DNA of 64,000 bases. Origin: Azolla caroliniana. Lineage: Eukaryota; Plantae; Polypodiophyta. The first letter of the stretch is position 1; every line of letters starts with the position of its first letter. The notes under the pieces were generated by a model. It was not told where the DNA came from and ran no database searches. It was given only the letters and a program-made list of their open reading frames with translations. A program made the translations under genes and the position numbers. This document shows, one piece after another, positions 1-13,207 of this stretch. Location of the stretch: the NCBI GenBank assembly GCA_043228905.1, contig JBHGNT010000020.1:13826001-13890000 (forward strand), in the 5' to 3' direction.

Positions 1-3000
1 ACCGAGCCACAAAGCTTCTTTTACTGCGTCGGACGCAGCTACATATTCTGCTTCGGTCGTTGAGGTCGCTGTGCACTCCTGAAGTTTCGACTTCCACGAG
101 ATTGCTCCATTGCCGAATTTGAAGCAGTATCCGGTTGTTGATTTCCGACTGTCTATACAGCCGGCGAAGTCCGAGTCGGTGTAACCGACTACGCCTGAGG
201 TTCGGTTCGGACCGAAAAGAATGCCGTGATCTTTTGTGCCAGCCAGATATCTGAACACATGCTTGACTGCGTTCCAATGCGATCGGCCAGGATTGTGCAT
301 AAATCTGCTAACGACTCCTACGGCATGAGAGATATCAGGCCGTGTCGCGACCATCAGGTACATAAGGGAGCCGACTGCCGGTGCATACGGTACCGACTTC
401 ATATCTTCCCCCTCCGAACCGGATGTCGGGCAGTCTCGCTGAGAGAGCCGAAGATTCATAGGGAGCGGGGTTGAAGCAGATTTGGCTGATTGCATGTTGA
501 AGCGTTCCAAGACACGTCCGATATAGTCGGTCTGAGACAAAAAAAGATGTCGTTTATCGCGATGCCGACTAATCTTCATGCCAAGGATGTGTCGTGCCGG
601 ACCGAGGTCCTTCATGGCAAACTTCAACCGCAGTTGCCGAACGAGATCGGCAAGTTCGCCCGCGTGGCGTCCAGAAATTAGCATGTCGTCCACGTAAATG
701 ATGAGGAAGATGGGTGATCCATCTTGAGATGTATTGGTGAAGAGACAATGGTCCTCATCGCTTTTGGAGAAGCCGATCGATTGGATGAAGTCGTCGAACT
801 TCTTGTACCATTGTCGCGGTGCCTGTTTGAGGCCGTATAGACTCTTCCTGAGTCGGCAGACTAGATGTTCTTGGCCGGTCGCCACGAAGCCTTTTGGCTG
901 CTCCATATAAATTTCCTCCTCGAGATCACCATGGAGGAAGGCTGTTTTGACATCTAGCTGAATCAGCTCCAAGTTGTCGGCTGCCACTACGCCGAGTAGG
1001 AAACGAAGGGTTGTCATTTTCACCACTGGTGAAAAGATCTCGTCGAAGTCGACGCCATATTCTTGTCGGAAGCCCTTCGCAACTAATCTGGCCTTGTACT
1101 TTGGGGTGGTCGAATCAGACGTCTCTTTTAGTCGATAAACCCACTTGCAAGGAAGAGCACGTCGGTTCCTAGGTAATTCGACCAGATCCCAAGTCTTGTT
1201 TGCCCGGATGGAGTGCATTTCCGACTCCATCGCCAGATGCCAGGTGGCTGAATCGACAGATGTCGATGCTTCTTCGTAAGACGTCGGTTCGCCGGCGTCG
1301 GTGAAGAAAATTCCAGGAGAATACCTCTCCGGAGGTTGCGACAGTCTCTCGGATCGTCGAGGTATGATTGGACTGGTCGCATCGGGTATCGAGGTCGGAT
1401 GGTCCGAAACCGAATCATTCGGCTGTGCCGAGTCAGAGTTGTCCGAGTCGGTAGTGTAAGGTTCAGCTACCCGTGGAGCGGACCGTGTGTTGAGAGCGGG
1501 GCCTTCTTGAAGGGTCGGCACATCGGAGAATGTTACCCTTCGGACTTCGATCGGTTTTTCGACTGATGGATTCATAGCCGACTCGTTGAACACAACGTCC
1601 GAACTTCGAACGATTTGTCTGCGTTCGGGGTCCCAGAGTCGGTATCCCATTTCGCCGTCTGATCCATATCCAAGGAAAATGCATTTCCTGGACCGAGGTG
1701 CAAGTTTTCGGCGATCATCTTTCGGAATAAGGGCGTACGCCTCGCATCCGAAGATCCTCAGCTTGTCGTAATTCGGCTTACTGCCGATCCATAGTTCCTG
1801 AGGAATTTGAAGTCCTAGAGGTCTACTTGGCGACATATTGATTATGTGTACTGCCGTGAGTAGAGCCTCTGCCCAGAAGCCATCCGACAGTCGGGAGTGT
1901 TGGAGCATGGAAACTATCCGTTCTTGGATTGTCCGATTCATTCGTTCTGCAATCCCGTTTTGCTCCGGACTGTGTGGTGCCGTAAATTCACGTCGGATGC
2001 CGCGTTGTCGGCAGAATTTGACGAATTCGTCGGATTTGAACTCTCCCCCATTGTCTGTCCGAAGGCATTTCAGCTTTCGGTCGGTTTGATTTTCTACCAT
2101 AGCGAGCCAATCGGTGAAGATCGAGAAGACACGATCTTTGGTGCGAATTGGATAAGCCCACACCTTTCGAGTCGAATCGTCAATAAAACTAACGAAGTAA
2201 GAGGCACCGCCTAGAGACTGATGCGGCATTGGGCCACAGACGTCCGAATGGACTAAATCAAGAGGTCTCGTTTCTCTTGGTGCTGATGTCGGGTGTGATG
2301 CGGCTGCTTGTTTGCCATACTGGCAATGCTCGCAGAATTGATGGTCGGAGAAGGAGAGTTTGGGGATGTATCCGGCTCTAGATAGATGCGTGATGCCGGC
2401 CTTGCTGAGGTGTCCTAATCTTCGGTGCCATAGTGATGACACAGGAATATCCACCAAAAACAGGTTACCCTCTCTGAGCGTAACATGTAACGGATACAGG
2501 GAGTGTATCTTAGGTCCTCTAGCAAGCAGGAGGTTCCCCCTGTGGAGTGTCCACCCTCCCGAAGAAAAACCGGCACGAATGCCGTCTTCATCTAGTTGTC
2601 CGACTGAGATCAATGGCCTTGAGAGCTCGGGTACATGTCGGACATTGTGGAGTACAAGTGTAGAGCCACCTGCAAGGTTGAGCTCTACTGTGCCGATTCC
2701 GATGATGTCACAGTGTTGTGAGTTGCCGACCCGAACTGAGTCGGAGTGACGGATCGTATATTGCCGAAATTGGGACCGATGAGGAGTCACATGAAATGAC
2801 GCGCCCGAATCCAAGAGCCATGTGCTCGATTCTTCAGTCGTGAGCAGAACTTCTGATCCGACTGGATTTTCGATTGATAGTATATTCGGGTCGTCCGGTA
2901 GTACATCAGCTGAGGAGCTGACGTAATTGATCTCCTCATGCCGGCCACTCTTCTTGTTGTTCTTGTTCTTGAGTGCGCGGCAGTCGGCTTTGATGTGTCC

Positions 3001-3726
3001 GGGTTTCTTGCAATAGTTGCAGATTCGGTTATCCCGTGACTGGCTCCGTCTTCGCTGATTGTTCGGCGGTCGTGAGGAATCTCTTCCTCGTATGTTCGAT
3101 CGGTCTGTCGAACCTTGTACTACGTAAGCGTCGTCTGTTGAGTCTTTGGCGAAAGACTTTCTCCGAGCTGCTTCGGTCAGGATTGCGCTCGTGACTTCGG
3201 AGTATTTAACAGCCGTGGTTGACGCGTTGCACACGGTTGTGACGAAAGTTTCCCATGATGAGGGAAGGCTGCTCATGAGTATCATTGCTCTGAGTTCATC
3301 CTCGATTGCCGTCCCCTGTGACGAGATTTGGGAGCTTATGCTTTCGTACTCATTGAGGTGTGCTTGAACCGAATCGGATTCTTTCATCCGCAAGTTGTAG
3401 AGGCGCCGGATCAGAAACATCTTCGTTGCGGCGACCTTCTTTTCGTAAGTGTCCGACAGTGTTTTCCACAGTTCGAATGCTGTCGTACACGATTGCACCG
3501 TAAAGTATACCGATTCCGATAGGTGCATCCGAATCGTGGCGCGGACGATTCTGTCCAGCTTCTGCCACTCCATTGGTTTGTATCCTTCTGGAGGTTCTTC
3601 ATTTTCGATGGGATCGATTTGTCCCTTGACTATGAGATAGTCCTGCATTTGTTCCTTCCAGAAGTTGAAGTTCGATCCATCGAACTTTCGTAGACTCATT
3701 TCTGACGAGCCGGATGTTGATGCCAT
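1..3726 (-). CDS. Copia gag-pol polyprotein, open to the window edge (3'-partial)
   Basis: ATG at 3726 gives MASTSGSSEMSLRKFDGSNFNFWKEQMQDYL. Motifs: zinc knuckle CNYCKKPGHIKADC (~2980-3020), protease WLLDSGASFHVT (~2790-2820), LWHRRLGH and CEHCQYGKQ (integrase N-terminus), RT YVDDML (~685-700), RNase H TTEAEYVAASDAVKEALWL (1-60). Both ends are in the same frame, and the ORF track shows no terminated long ORF in this frame. Confidence 0.95.
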   Translation of the reverse strand, partial: MASTSGSSEMSLRKFDGSNFNFWKEQMQDYLIVKGQIDPIENEEPPEGYKPMEWQKLDRIVRATIRMHLSESVYFTVQSCTTAFELWKTLSDTYEKKVAATKMFLIRRLYNLRMKESDSVQAHLNEYESISSQISSQGTAIEDELRAMILMSSLPSSWETFVTTVCNASTTAVKYSEVTSAILTEAARRKSFAKDSTDDAYVVQGSTDRSNIRGRDSSRPPNNQRRRSQSRDNRICNYCKKPGHIKADCRALKNKNNKKSGRHEEINYVSSSADVLPDDPNILSIENPVGSEVLLTTEESSTWLLDSGASFHVTPHRSQFRQYTIRHSDSVRVGNSQHCDIIGIGTVELNLAGGSTLVLHNVRHVPELSRPLISVGQLDEDGIRAGFSSGGWTLHRGNLLLARGPKIHSLYPLHVTLREGNLFLVDIPVSSLWHRRLGHLSKAGITHLSRAGYIPKLSFSDHQFCEHCQYGKQAAASHPTSAPRETRPLDLVHSDVCGPMPHQSLGGASYFVSFIDDSTRKVWAYPIRTKDRVFSIFTDWLAMVENQTDRKLKCLRTDNGGEFKSDEFVKFCRQRGIRREFTAPHSPEQNGIAERMNRTIQERIVSMLQHSRLSDGFWAEALLTAVHIINMSPSRPLGLQIPQELWIGSKPNYDKLRIFGCEAYALIPKDDRRKLAPRSRKCIFLGYGSDGEMGYRLWDPERRQIVRSSDVVFNESAMNPSVEKPIEVRRVTFSDVPTLQEGPALNTRSAPRVAEPYTTDSDNSDSAQPNDSVSDHPTSIPDATSPIIPRRSERLSQPPERYSPGIFFTDAGEPTSYEEASTSVDSATWHLAMESEMHSIRANKTWDLVELPRNRRALPCKWVYRLKETSDSTTPKYKARLVAKGFRQEYGVDFDEIFSPVVKMTTLRFLLGVVAADNLELIQLDVKTAFLHGDLEEEIYMEQPKGFVATGQEHLVCRLRKSLYGLKQAPRQWYKKFDDFIQSIGFSKSDEDHCLFTNTSQDGSPIFLIIYVDDMLISGRHAGELADLVRQLRLKFAMKDLGPARHILGMKISRHRDKRHLFLSQTDYIGRVLERFNMQSAKSASTPLPMNLRLSQRDCPTSGSEGEDMKSVPYAPAVGSLMYLMVATRPDISHAVGVVSRFMHNPGRSHWNAVKHVFRYLAGTKDHGILFGPNRTSGVVGYTDSDFAGCIDSRKSTTGYCFKFGNGAISWKSKLQECTATSTTEAEYVAASDAVKEALWLG

Positions 3727-4376
3727 CAAATTCGGTTTCGGTTGACGAAGCTCGGTTCGGAGTTGACTACGAACCTTGTTGGAGTGCAGCCGGTTGGCTC
3801 ACCCGATATCGTTCTAGTCGGATTTGAACCCGAGTCGGTTCGGCTTCGGAACTTGCTCTAATTGACTCCGGTAGCTTGAGGGACAGAACCGACTGGTCTT
3901 CCCGAATGTTGCCGAGTCGGAGTGAGCCCGGTTCGCTTCGGATATATGTGCCGAATACCGATTATTGAAACCGATTATCTGGACCAATTCTGCTTCGGGT
4001 GGCTGCAGCGACGAGAGAGACAGATCCAACTGATCCTCTCGAATGTCGATCAGCCGGATGAAGCACGAATTGGGGTTGTTGTCTTGAGACCGATCTGCAC
4101 CGAGTGGTTACAACGAGCGGCGTTTGATTACCTCTTCGGATGCCGTTTAACCGAATGGAGCACGATCGTGTCAATGATGCACAAGGGGATTTCACCTCGA
4201 GCGGTTACGATCACAACGAACAGAGTACGACCTGATGGCTTACTCCAAGCAAGATGATCTAACGCAATGAGATGCAAACCTGGTTTTTCTTCTTCTTCTC
4301 TCTTCTTCGAATGACGCAGGAAACCGAATGCAGAGACGACGGCCGACAGCGGATTGAAGGACCGACTACTGTGCAG

Positions 4377-4388
4377 GCTCTGATACCA
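4377..4388 (-). promoter_or_regulatory. Primer-binding site complementary to the initiator tRNA-Met 3' end
   Basis: - strand TGGTATCAGAGC, 2 nt inside the LTR boundary. Confidence 0.93.
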
Positions 4389-4390
4389 GA

Positions 4391-4475
4391 TGTTGGAAGC
4401 AATGTCGTCAGTGCAGAAGATCAAGAAGCACTCGATTCCTGTTTATTCCCTGTGTATGACAGTTTCTATGTCGTT

Positions 4476-4520
<45 letters not shown>

Positions 4521-4693
4521 CACAAAAGAGTCTTTATTTCATAAAGAAGAATAATACAACAACCAACCTCACAAAGAGGTTACAAGGTCACTATATATAG
4601 TGACCGACTTAGGGCAACTACCCTTTATGCTAATTACATAAATGGCCGAAACGGGATGGTGTGAATACGTCCATTATACACATGTATTCGACA
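4391..4693 (-). repeat. 5' LTR of the Copia element (~303 bp), containing a (GA)n tract
   Basis: - strand begins TGTCGAATAC and ends GCTTCCAACA next to the PBS; TATA-like CTATATATAG near 4591-4600; (GA)n at ~4480-4519. Confidence 0.85.
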
Positions 4694-7600
4694 ATACTCT
4701 CATCTGTAAAATTTTATAACTACATAATGGAAGGAGTTGGTTTTTTGGAAAGGAAAAAAACATAAAACCGGAATACACCTTGTTGGTTCATTGCTAAGGA
4801 GTTTGAGTGGGCAAGCACCCTACGTGAGAAGGGTAGGCAAGAGAATGTGTCAACCACTCTTGGGCATATCAATTGAACAATTAGATATCTTGGCAACTCA
4901 TCTTTTTAATCTCATTCTTATACTTGATCAAATAGTAGAAAATGTATTGATTGAAAATACGTATGTTCACACTATTACTTAATCATTTGATTCATTATTA
5001 AGGAACATCAGAAATAATTAGCCCAACAACACACTCTTATCTATTAAGTAAACCAACCATGCACACATACAATATATCTATTAAGGTGAAAGCTTGAGAG
5101 TCAACATTTTAATGTTTGAGCTCGAAATCTTAGTGAAAAGTGAAGAGAAATCTCAAAGGAGCACCAAAAGTGACCGTTACAAGTTTTATATAATTTAGAC
5201 CCTTTCTTATTATATTGGCCACAACGTATTTGTCTCTTGCCCCTTTTCCCTTGCTTTCTAGATTTGTGCCTTTAGTTCCAATGCCAATGTCAACATGGAA
5301 AGCAAAAGGAAGTGAAATGAAGAAGTATTTAACAAGAGACGAGTAAGCCATAGCATTCTTGACCAAACAACCTTATTAGTAGTGTTTGGTGGCACATCAA
5401 ACACCATCATAAAAGCATTTATCCCAAATCTAAATAGAGCAATAGACATGAAAACCATGTTGACCACAATACTATGCAAGTTAACTAGCACATTACTATG
5501 AATTACACTTCGTTTGAGAAGCCCAGAAGTGCAACCACAACTTAGAACACCTTTTTAAGGAATTAGAATGCTAGTTAGCATCAGTTGAAATAGTATTAGG
5601 GTTTATTACTATATAATGTTGTGAGCTTCAAAACTGATTGGCAATTTATTAGAGAGCTAACACCATAACAATGTAGCAATAAGCAAATTAGAGAGAGTTT
5701 CCAAGAGACATAAAGGAAACTTAGGCAAGCGAAGAAAGCACACTTGTTGGAGAGTTGACGCAAGGTCAACTGGGTTTTGAACGAGATATTTTTTTCTTTA
5801 TTGAGAGGCATTACTATGAGGACTAGTTCACAATAGCTAATATTTAAATAGAAGATCTCAAGGTCAAATTGACAAGCCTTAGGTACCCCCTAAAATGAAA
5901 AGGATGCAACTATATTCCAATCTCTTTGTATAGAATGTAATCATATAACAAATGGATTACCATGTCTCTCAAGAAGAAGTTGGTTGCAAATTTCAACAAC
6001 CAACAAGTACCTAAAGTTATCAATACTAAAACACTCAAGAAGAAGTAAGTTGGTGGCATGCTTCAACTCTCAACGAATGCCTAAAGGTATATGCACTAGA
6101 ACTCTAGCACGAAAGGTTTCATAAAAAATATAAGCTTCCATTGTATGTGCAGATATTACATTTTGAAGTATTTGGTGGGTAATCACCTATGAAATGGACG
6201 TAGATCATTGTTTTTGACATTGTAATTGTCTTTCTCATGAAAAAATCCTATTAGCAATTGATAAATTAGTGAGCGCTTGCTATAGTTCATTGGCCTCAAT
6301 TTTGTTTTTAGTACACAAAGAGTGGTTGTCTATTTATAACTATCTAGAAATAGGGAACGTTATGTCACCTTTGAATTTGATCATTCGCTCAATTTTCCAT
6401 GAGAAAGAGACGTCTTGAGTATTATGAAATAAGTCCCAACTTTCATTCACATTTTAACACTGGATCTGTTTTGAAAAGTTGAAGGCCATCGATGTGAGCT
6501 AGATAATATTTAGTAGTTCTCATCAACTCAACATACTTTACGATTGCTTATAGCATTGTAACTTTATATTATTTCTTGATAACTCTTTATCATTCTACAT
6601 ATGAGAGTTTCGAAGCTACAAATATGGCCTCTTTACTCTTTTCATGGGAAATGTATGACAAGATAAGCGAAGCTTGAATGCAAATACGCTAGAAACAAGA
6701 CCATTTAATGCAAAGGCCATTGCCGACAATATCTTGATATTTATTGGATAGGCATAAACTATTAGTGATCATTTACATTGTTCTAAATATAGTATGGGTG
6801 AGCAATCTATGCTAAACTGAAATGTATACAAGATTCTATCGTGGTTGTGCATAAGTTATTTTGGGCCAATCCCACACTTTCAAAGGTTACGAGCACTCAC
6901 ATTAGTTCAACGGTTTCCTCCTTTTTTGTTATGTGTTGGAAGTTTTGATGTACAACTAATCATTTTAGCAATATGTTATGTTTCGTGGATCTTAGAGTGA
7001 AAATATCCTTTCTTGTTGAATCTTTATGCATGTGATTTGCATGTGCGAGACTATATTTTCGTAGGTGTATGGTGTTTATGCCACGATATTCACAGTGTCA
7101 CATAAGGAATACTTGCCAAACCTTCAAAAGTAATTTCTAACATTGGAGCATAAACAAAGTCTTGTTGTTCCAAAAACAATATATCATAATGGGCTCTTTT
7201 GGGTTCCCAAGAGCATAGAAAAAGACATCTTGATGCTGATTCATGAATGGTGGCTTGGCATGTAGACAATATGCACATAATTCCACAACTAATGAGGAAG
7301 AAAAAAACATTTTCTGGAAATTTGGATTGTTGTAATTTGAGGTTAGTAAGAAGATGCCTTTGAATTAAGTTCTTACATCGGTAATAAAAGCATAAGAAAT
7401 TATATATGACACAATGTGATATAACATAGGAATACAATAGTGATGAAGGTAAAAAGTTCCAAGCTCATTAAGTCAATCGTATTGTATGTTTCTATAATCC
7501 ATATTGTTTTCCTATATGTAATCTCATGAAATGATGACCTTGAAGTCTCAACTCTTTTAATTTTTGTGGAGATTGGAGTTTTGCTCTTGAGAAAACAAAT

Positions 7601-8399
7601 TATTTTTTTGAGCAATATGTTTTCTCATAGATGAATGATCATTAATAACACAAATTTACTACCCCTACAATGTTTTGTGGCTTTAAAGGAAGACAATGGT
7701 GGCACAAAGTTTTTGATTCTGGAGGGTCAACCTCAAAATATTACAGTCAAACCAAAAGAAGTAGAATTCAAGAAGATAAGAGCAACTCAGCTTCTCCATT
7801 GTCACTAATCGTCAAACTTGAGATTTATTTTCCTCTTGAGGACCTACATCAAGGCCAAAATAAAGGCATATGCATAGTTATGGTTATGGTGTCCCTTTTG
7901 AAAGTGAACTTTTAAGTGCTCTCATGTTGCATCATTTAGAAGCTTTCCAAGGCTCTCATAGAATCATATGAGAAGGGACGAGATTGAAGTGGCCAAAAAT
8001 GAATTCTTTGTGAGTAAAATGGTACGGGCAAAAAGTTTTGCATGCCTTTTGCTTGGACAATATGTCAATAAGCCAAAAACTAGACTTCATTGCCCATATT
8101 AAATTTACTTTTTCCTAGTCGGACACCGCGTGAGTTTTGATTAATATATATACCATTAAATATACCAAACACACACACACACACACATAGTTTTCTTTCC
8201 TTAACGTATCATTAATTATTAATGTTATGTTAAACTTAACTATTAATTTGATCACATGACATGCCGACAATGTGTTGCCTCTTCCTACATATTAAAGTTT
8301 GATGATATATTGGAGGTTATCTCCCACATGGATTTCTAATTTTTATCTTCGAAATTTATATACGTATGCACTGTATTGTATTACACAAACCACTTTACA

Positions 8400-10700
8400 A
8401 ATGACAAAATAGATCACTTTCACGGACCACCGTTTTGTCCATTAGTCCAAGAGATCCATCATCATTGCATACTAGCATAAGCACAAGTTACGATGCAAAT
8501 TCACTATTACCATCCTTTCCATAGTGCCAAGATTATTCCTAGTTTCCAAAACCTTAACGACAATTTGGCATATTGCCTCTATAACAAAACATATTTTGAT
8601 TATTTACAAGCTTATGGCATTCTAATTTCTTTGCATGTTTAGTTTGAGGCAATTTGCATTAAAGATAGTGGAACTATTTGTCCGTTAATCACTATTTAGG
8701 ATGTTGTTACCCTCATTGTATTTGAAAGGCAAATAGCAACCACTTCAAGTTTCAACCTCTTTGGCTTGTCTAGAATTGGAGTTTAATAATCTAATTTTCC
8801 AAAGAAAACCATGTTGAATATATTGTTTGAAACAAATACACAAATCAATCAAATGCATTTGAAACTTTATGGATTGTGCAATCTCTAATGGATCGTGGGT
8901 AGTCATGTGTTTGCATTAGGAGATATCACTCTAAATTCTTAGAAATTTGAACTAATCCAATGGTCGCATATTACTAGTTCAATTGGCACATGCTTCACAT
9001 CAAAATATGTGCCCTCATGCCAATAAAAATCTTCATACTAGAATATGTTCAAAGTCGTTGCATAATTATATAGACTAATCCAATCAGTTTAAAATAAATA
9101 AAAATAATAGATAATCATGTGGCATAAATTTGTATATACAAGCTGAGGAACTCACCTCTCCGGCCACCCGTAAGCTATCTCAAAACTTAGTTTCATCATT
9201 TTAATTGTACATCTTCAAATAAAATTATACTCGCTCATTTGTTACACAAGCATGACCTAAATGACCAACCCATGTATCTTAATTTCAATCATAACATTCT
9301 TGATCTTGATTATGTTTCGAAGTAACTTCCACTTCACTCTTGGATCGTTGTTCAACATATACGTAGAAGAAGAAGGTTCCCCCTTTCTTGCATAGCCATG
9401 GCCCATGAATATAGGAATCTTGTCTTGCAAGCCTAAACATTTTGTCCATCAAGTATTTCTATATATGTGGGTTCTTATAATTTTTTTATATGCATAACAT
9501 CAACATACCATCGCATTCAATTTTGCTACACGTGTAATATACATTTATATTATTCCCTTGAGTTTTATGCTTATGCTTTCTTTTAGATTTGTTGTCAATA
9601 AAGAAGCTTGTGCCCTATCTTTACCATATCCAAACTTTGTATCTAGTTTTATTTTATTTTATTTTTAAGATTCACCTTGGTATTAATGGAAAGATGCCCA
9701 AAGGCTACAAAGAACTCATACATGAAAATACAACCACCATACCCACATCAACCAACATATCGAATAGCAAAAGTCCTCATGCATCTACCGTAGAAATTGT
9801 ATTTACACCATATCCAAACTTTGTATCTAGATGCATTCAATGAATTCTTTATGGATATCATTCTAAGCTTGAGAGAGCTTAATAATTATGCCAAAACTTA
9901 GACCTTAGCATTCATACCGTTTCACCTTCAAAATGAATTATCGTGATGCTTCCTTATTTTTCTAACTCAAATCATTGGATTGCCTTAAGTAGCTACTTAA
10001 TATATATACACATTTGATATTCATGTGAATAGCTTCATTAACAACTAGCAAGAGGTGCATGTCGGTACCAACAAGAAGGCCAATATTTTAGCTTTTCTCT
10101 ATCCTCCTCTTGGATGAAACTTTTATTTCTTAAAAAACTCATGGATGGCTCATTTGCTAGAGAGAGAGAGAGAGAGAGAGCATGTTTTCAAGTAGTATTT
10201 CTTGAGAACATATATTGTTTTGGCCTCACAATTCATGATAATTCGCTCTAGTTCACATGCAAGCACACATAGTTTGCCAATCAAAGCTAGAATTTCTATT
10301 ACTGCAATATCACAAGCCCAACACAACAAAGAAACAAGAATGTTAATTGGCATGCTTGTACGTTTACAAGGCATGGTAAAATAATGTCTCGGTGAGGCAA
10401 TTTTTTCGTATAACATCCATTGTTTCCTAGAGTCGAGGTGAAACACAATGTTGTGTATGTTGGGGCAAATATGTCAAGAATCACAAAAGCTATAGATTAT
10501 TGCTTCTACATGGAAATAAAATGTCATCATAGCTTCTTTGTATCAAGCTGAGCTTAGAATTGCATTTTCAGTATTGTGCCTTTTGCAGTAGATTTATGCA
10601 TTACTCATGCGTTGGTGCCAACAAGTAGAGTCAATCTTTAGCATAGAATTGTACAACAATGGATGATAACAAGCATGGTTGAAAGATTCCAATACGTAAC
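8400..10700 (-). mobile_element. Highly degraded CACTA/En-Spm-like transposase relic (boundaries approximate)
   Basis: - strand translation near 9480-9510 gives VDVMHIKK, resembling the DVMHIEKN motif of En/Spm Tnp2 transposases. Flanking fragments are broken by many stops. No TIRs identified. Confidence 0.4.
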
Positions 10701-13207
10701 CGTATAAACTTTCTCAAGAATATTTCTACTTTCATCTAAAAGTTTTGACCACCATTTTTGTTGAATTTTGTCAAGCTTTCTATAAAATGTTGGACAAGTT
10801 GTTAATACTTATCGAGATACGTGAGCATTGGTTTCTCGAGAATTACCAAGACTAAACACATGGAAATCTAATGTGAGACAAGACATGAAATCCAAAGTGT
10901 GTTTGTTGCATGTTAGGTGATGGTGCTCTTGTAAGAGAGAGAACTCGATTCAAAATAATTATGTTCCAAAGCTACCTTACTTTAAATAGGGTGAGATTGA
11001 ACCATATGCTCATGGAGTAGGAAGAACTCCCCTAGCCCAAAGAATAAATGGATGCCTTTGGCTCCTTGAGGGTTGCCAAGAAAGCGAGGTCAAGACTCAA
11101 AACATAAATGCATTTGGTAGAAGCACTTACTTGATCCAACAAAGGTAAGTTTATTGCTATACTCATCCCCGAAATGTTGGGAGGGTGACATGACAAATTC
11201 CTTTTTGTGCCTTGGGGGCTTCGACCTTGTGTGAATATACTAAAGGGAGGAGAGTATTTCACAATCTTCCTAACACAAACATTAGCATCATGACATATGT
11301 ACCATATTTACATTAGCGATGCATGTAATGAAAACTACAAACATATGGAGCAAGAACAAAAATAATGACAACCACTAGTTGCGTTTGATGTTAGCATTGC
11401 TATTATGGGTAAAACCATTTAGATAGTTGACCCTACATCGTCTTTCTACCAAATAGTTTGTATTGGTAGACCGTAGTATCAATATTAACACCTATATATT
11501 GTTTGTACACTCCCAAGGTATATCTAATCACCACTTTCTGATATCGATTCATCAAAAAGCTTACCTTTGGAGTTTCTCGAATTCACGAAACTAGAAAAGT
11601 GTACAAGAATACACTACCCCAATCATTTATTTGCTGCCTTATATTCGCCAATGTGAACATTAGATTTTAGATTGAGTTGGTGATCATTCCATGTACTAGC
11701 TTTAGTAGATTTTAGACGTTCGATTTATGTCCTATAATTTTATTCTCGAGATACATGAGCATTGGGCTACCCCTGCATTGCCCAAATCAAGGACAAGCGT
11801 GATAATGGTTCATGGATGCCAAACTCATAAGACTCAATTGTTTGATTTCAAAGAGAGTTCATCTCCACATGTGTTTTTTGGGATCCGAGGAAGAACTTCT
11901 TTACCCCGAACATGCTTTATGTATGTGCAAAATTTATCTCACTCTAGGAAACCACACCATTGGTGAACTTCACGCCAGGACATCCGAAATGGTGCTACCA
12001 ACCGCCTCACTGGCTCTACCCCCCCCCCCCCCCCCAACAACAAATCCCCCATATTGCTTTCGGTGATATCAAAGTCTAGTTGTGTTCAGAAGCTTGCTAG
12101 TTATGTTTTGATGCTTGTTGAAAAATAACAGGTTTTGTCGTGCAACCGTTTGTTGTTACGTGGACCACGATTGCCCCCCCTTTTTTATCTAAGTTGTCAC
12201 ATAACAATAGCCAAATATATATGAATGCGACCTGTAAATAGTAGAGTATCTATAGATACTTGGAGTGTACATAGCTTGATTTGTATATGCAATTCAGATT
12301 CAGCTAACTAATGGGAAACAGTTTAAAAAATAAAAAATAAGTTTTTTTATGTATGTGCCCTCCTAGTGTTCCCCACCTAGAGTAAATTTCGTTGGGTCTA
12401 AGTTTTCCATCCGGGACTTTTTGGGTTGGGCCCTATATTTTGTCATACACAAACAGGGAGTGACTTTATACACAAATAGGGAATCTCTATCTCTCTCCTA
12501 TCCCTCTTAGTTATATCAATGGATAAGTTGCTTTCGGTGCAAGTTTTCCTTGGCCCTTTTCTTTGGGTTTGTCACATAGGAACGGAGGGGCGAGGTTCTT
12601 TTTTCCGTAAAGGAAGTGTGAATAATTAAAACATGACAATATACAAAAAAAAAACACCCTCATGTTTTTTTGCTTTTTCTTCTAAAATCCATGCCCCCCC
12701 CTTCCTTGAGTGAGGGAGTCCTGACTCTCCAAGGATGATAATAAAATCTATTTATCTCTTTACAATCACACGAAAAACAGAATCGGAGCCCCCCCCATCT
12801 CTCCACACACACACACATTCTACGAAAGGGTTACATTGCTTTGGATGTAAGTTTTCATTCTCGGAATATTCACCCAAAGGCATCCTCTCTGTTGTGCATA
12901 TGCGTGTGCGTGTGTGCGTGCATGTCTCTCGTCGGGACGACTCTCTATCTGGCTCTCTATTTCGAGGAGACACTCTAGAAAAGGTGACACTTTCCAAGGA
13001 GATGTGTGGGACATAATAATGTACAAATCTAGATGCATGTTTTGCTCTTTCAATGAAGAGTGTGTAGACCTCTCTCTATATAGAGATAAGAGGAGGTTTT
13101 TGGCCCCTCCTCCTCTACATATAGAAGTGAACATACATACAAAAAAAATGAGGTCTATTTTTTTTTTTCCCATCACAAAACCCACACACACGCACATTCT
13201 ACATAAT

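Larger units (their letters stand above)
1..4693 (-). mobile_element. Ty1/Copia LTR retrotransposon (Tnt1-like), 5' portion; 3' end lies outside the window
   Basis: 5' LTR 4391-4693 with TG...CA ends, a tRNA-Met PBS, and a gag-pol frame with Copia domain order gag-PR-INT-RT-RH on the - strand. Confidence 0.97.

Noticed and set aside
226-4544. Many short ORFs overlapping the Copia element
   Set aside because: Antisense or off-frame shadows of the GC-rich gag-pol and leader; no recognisable motifs.
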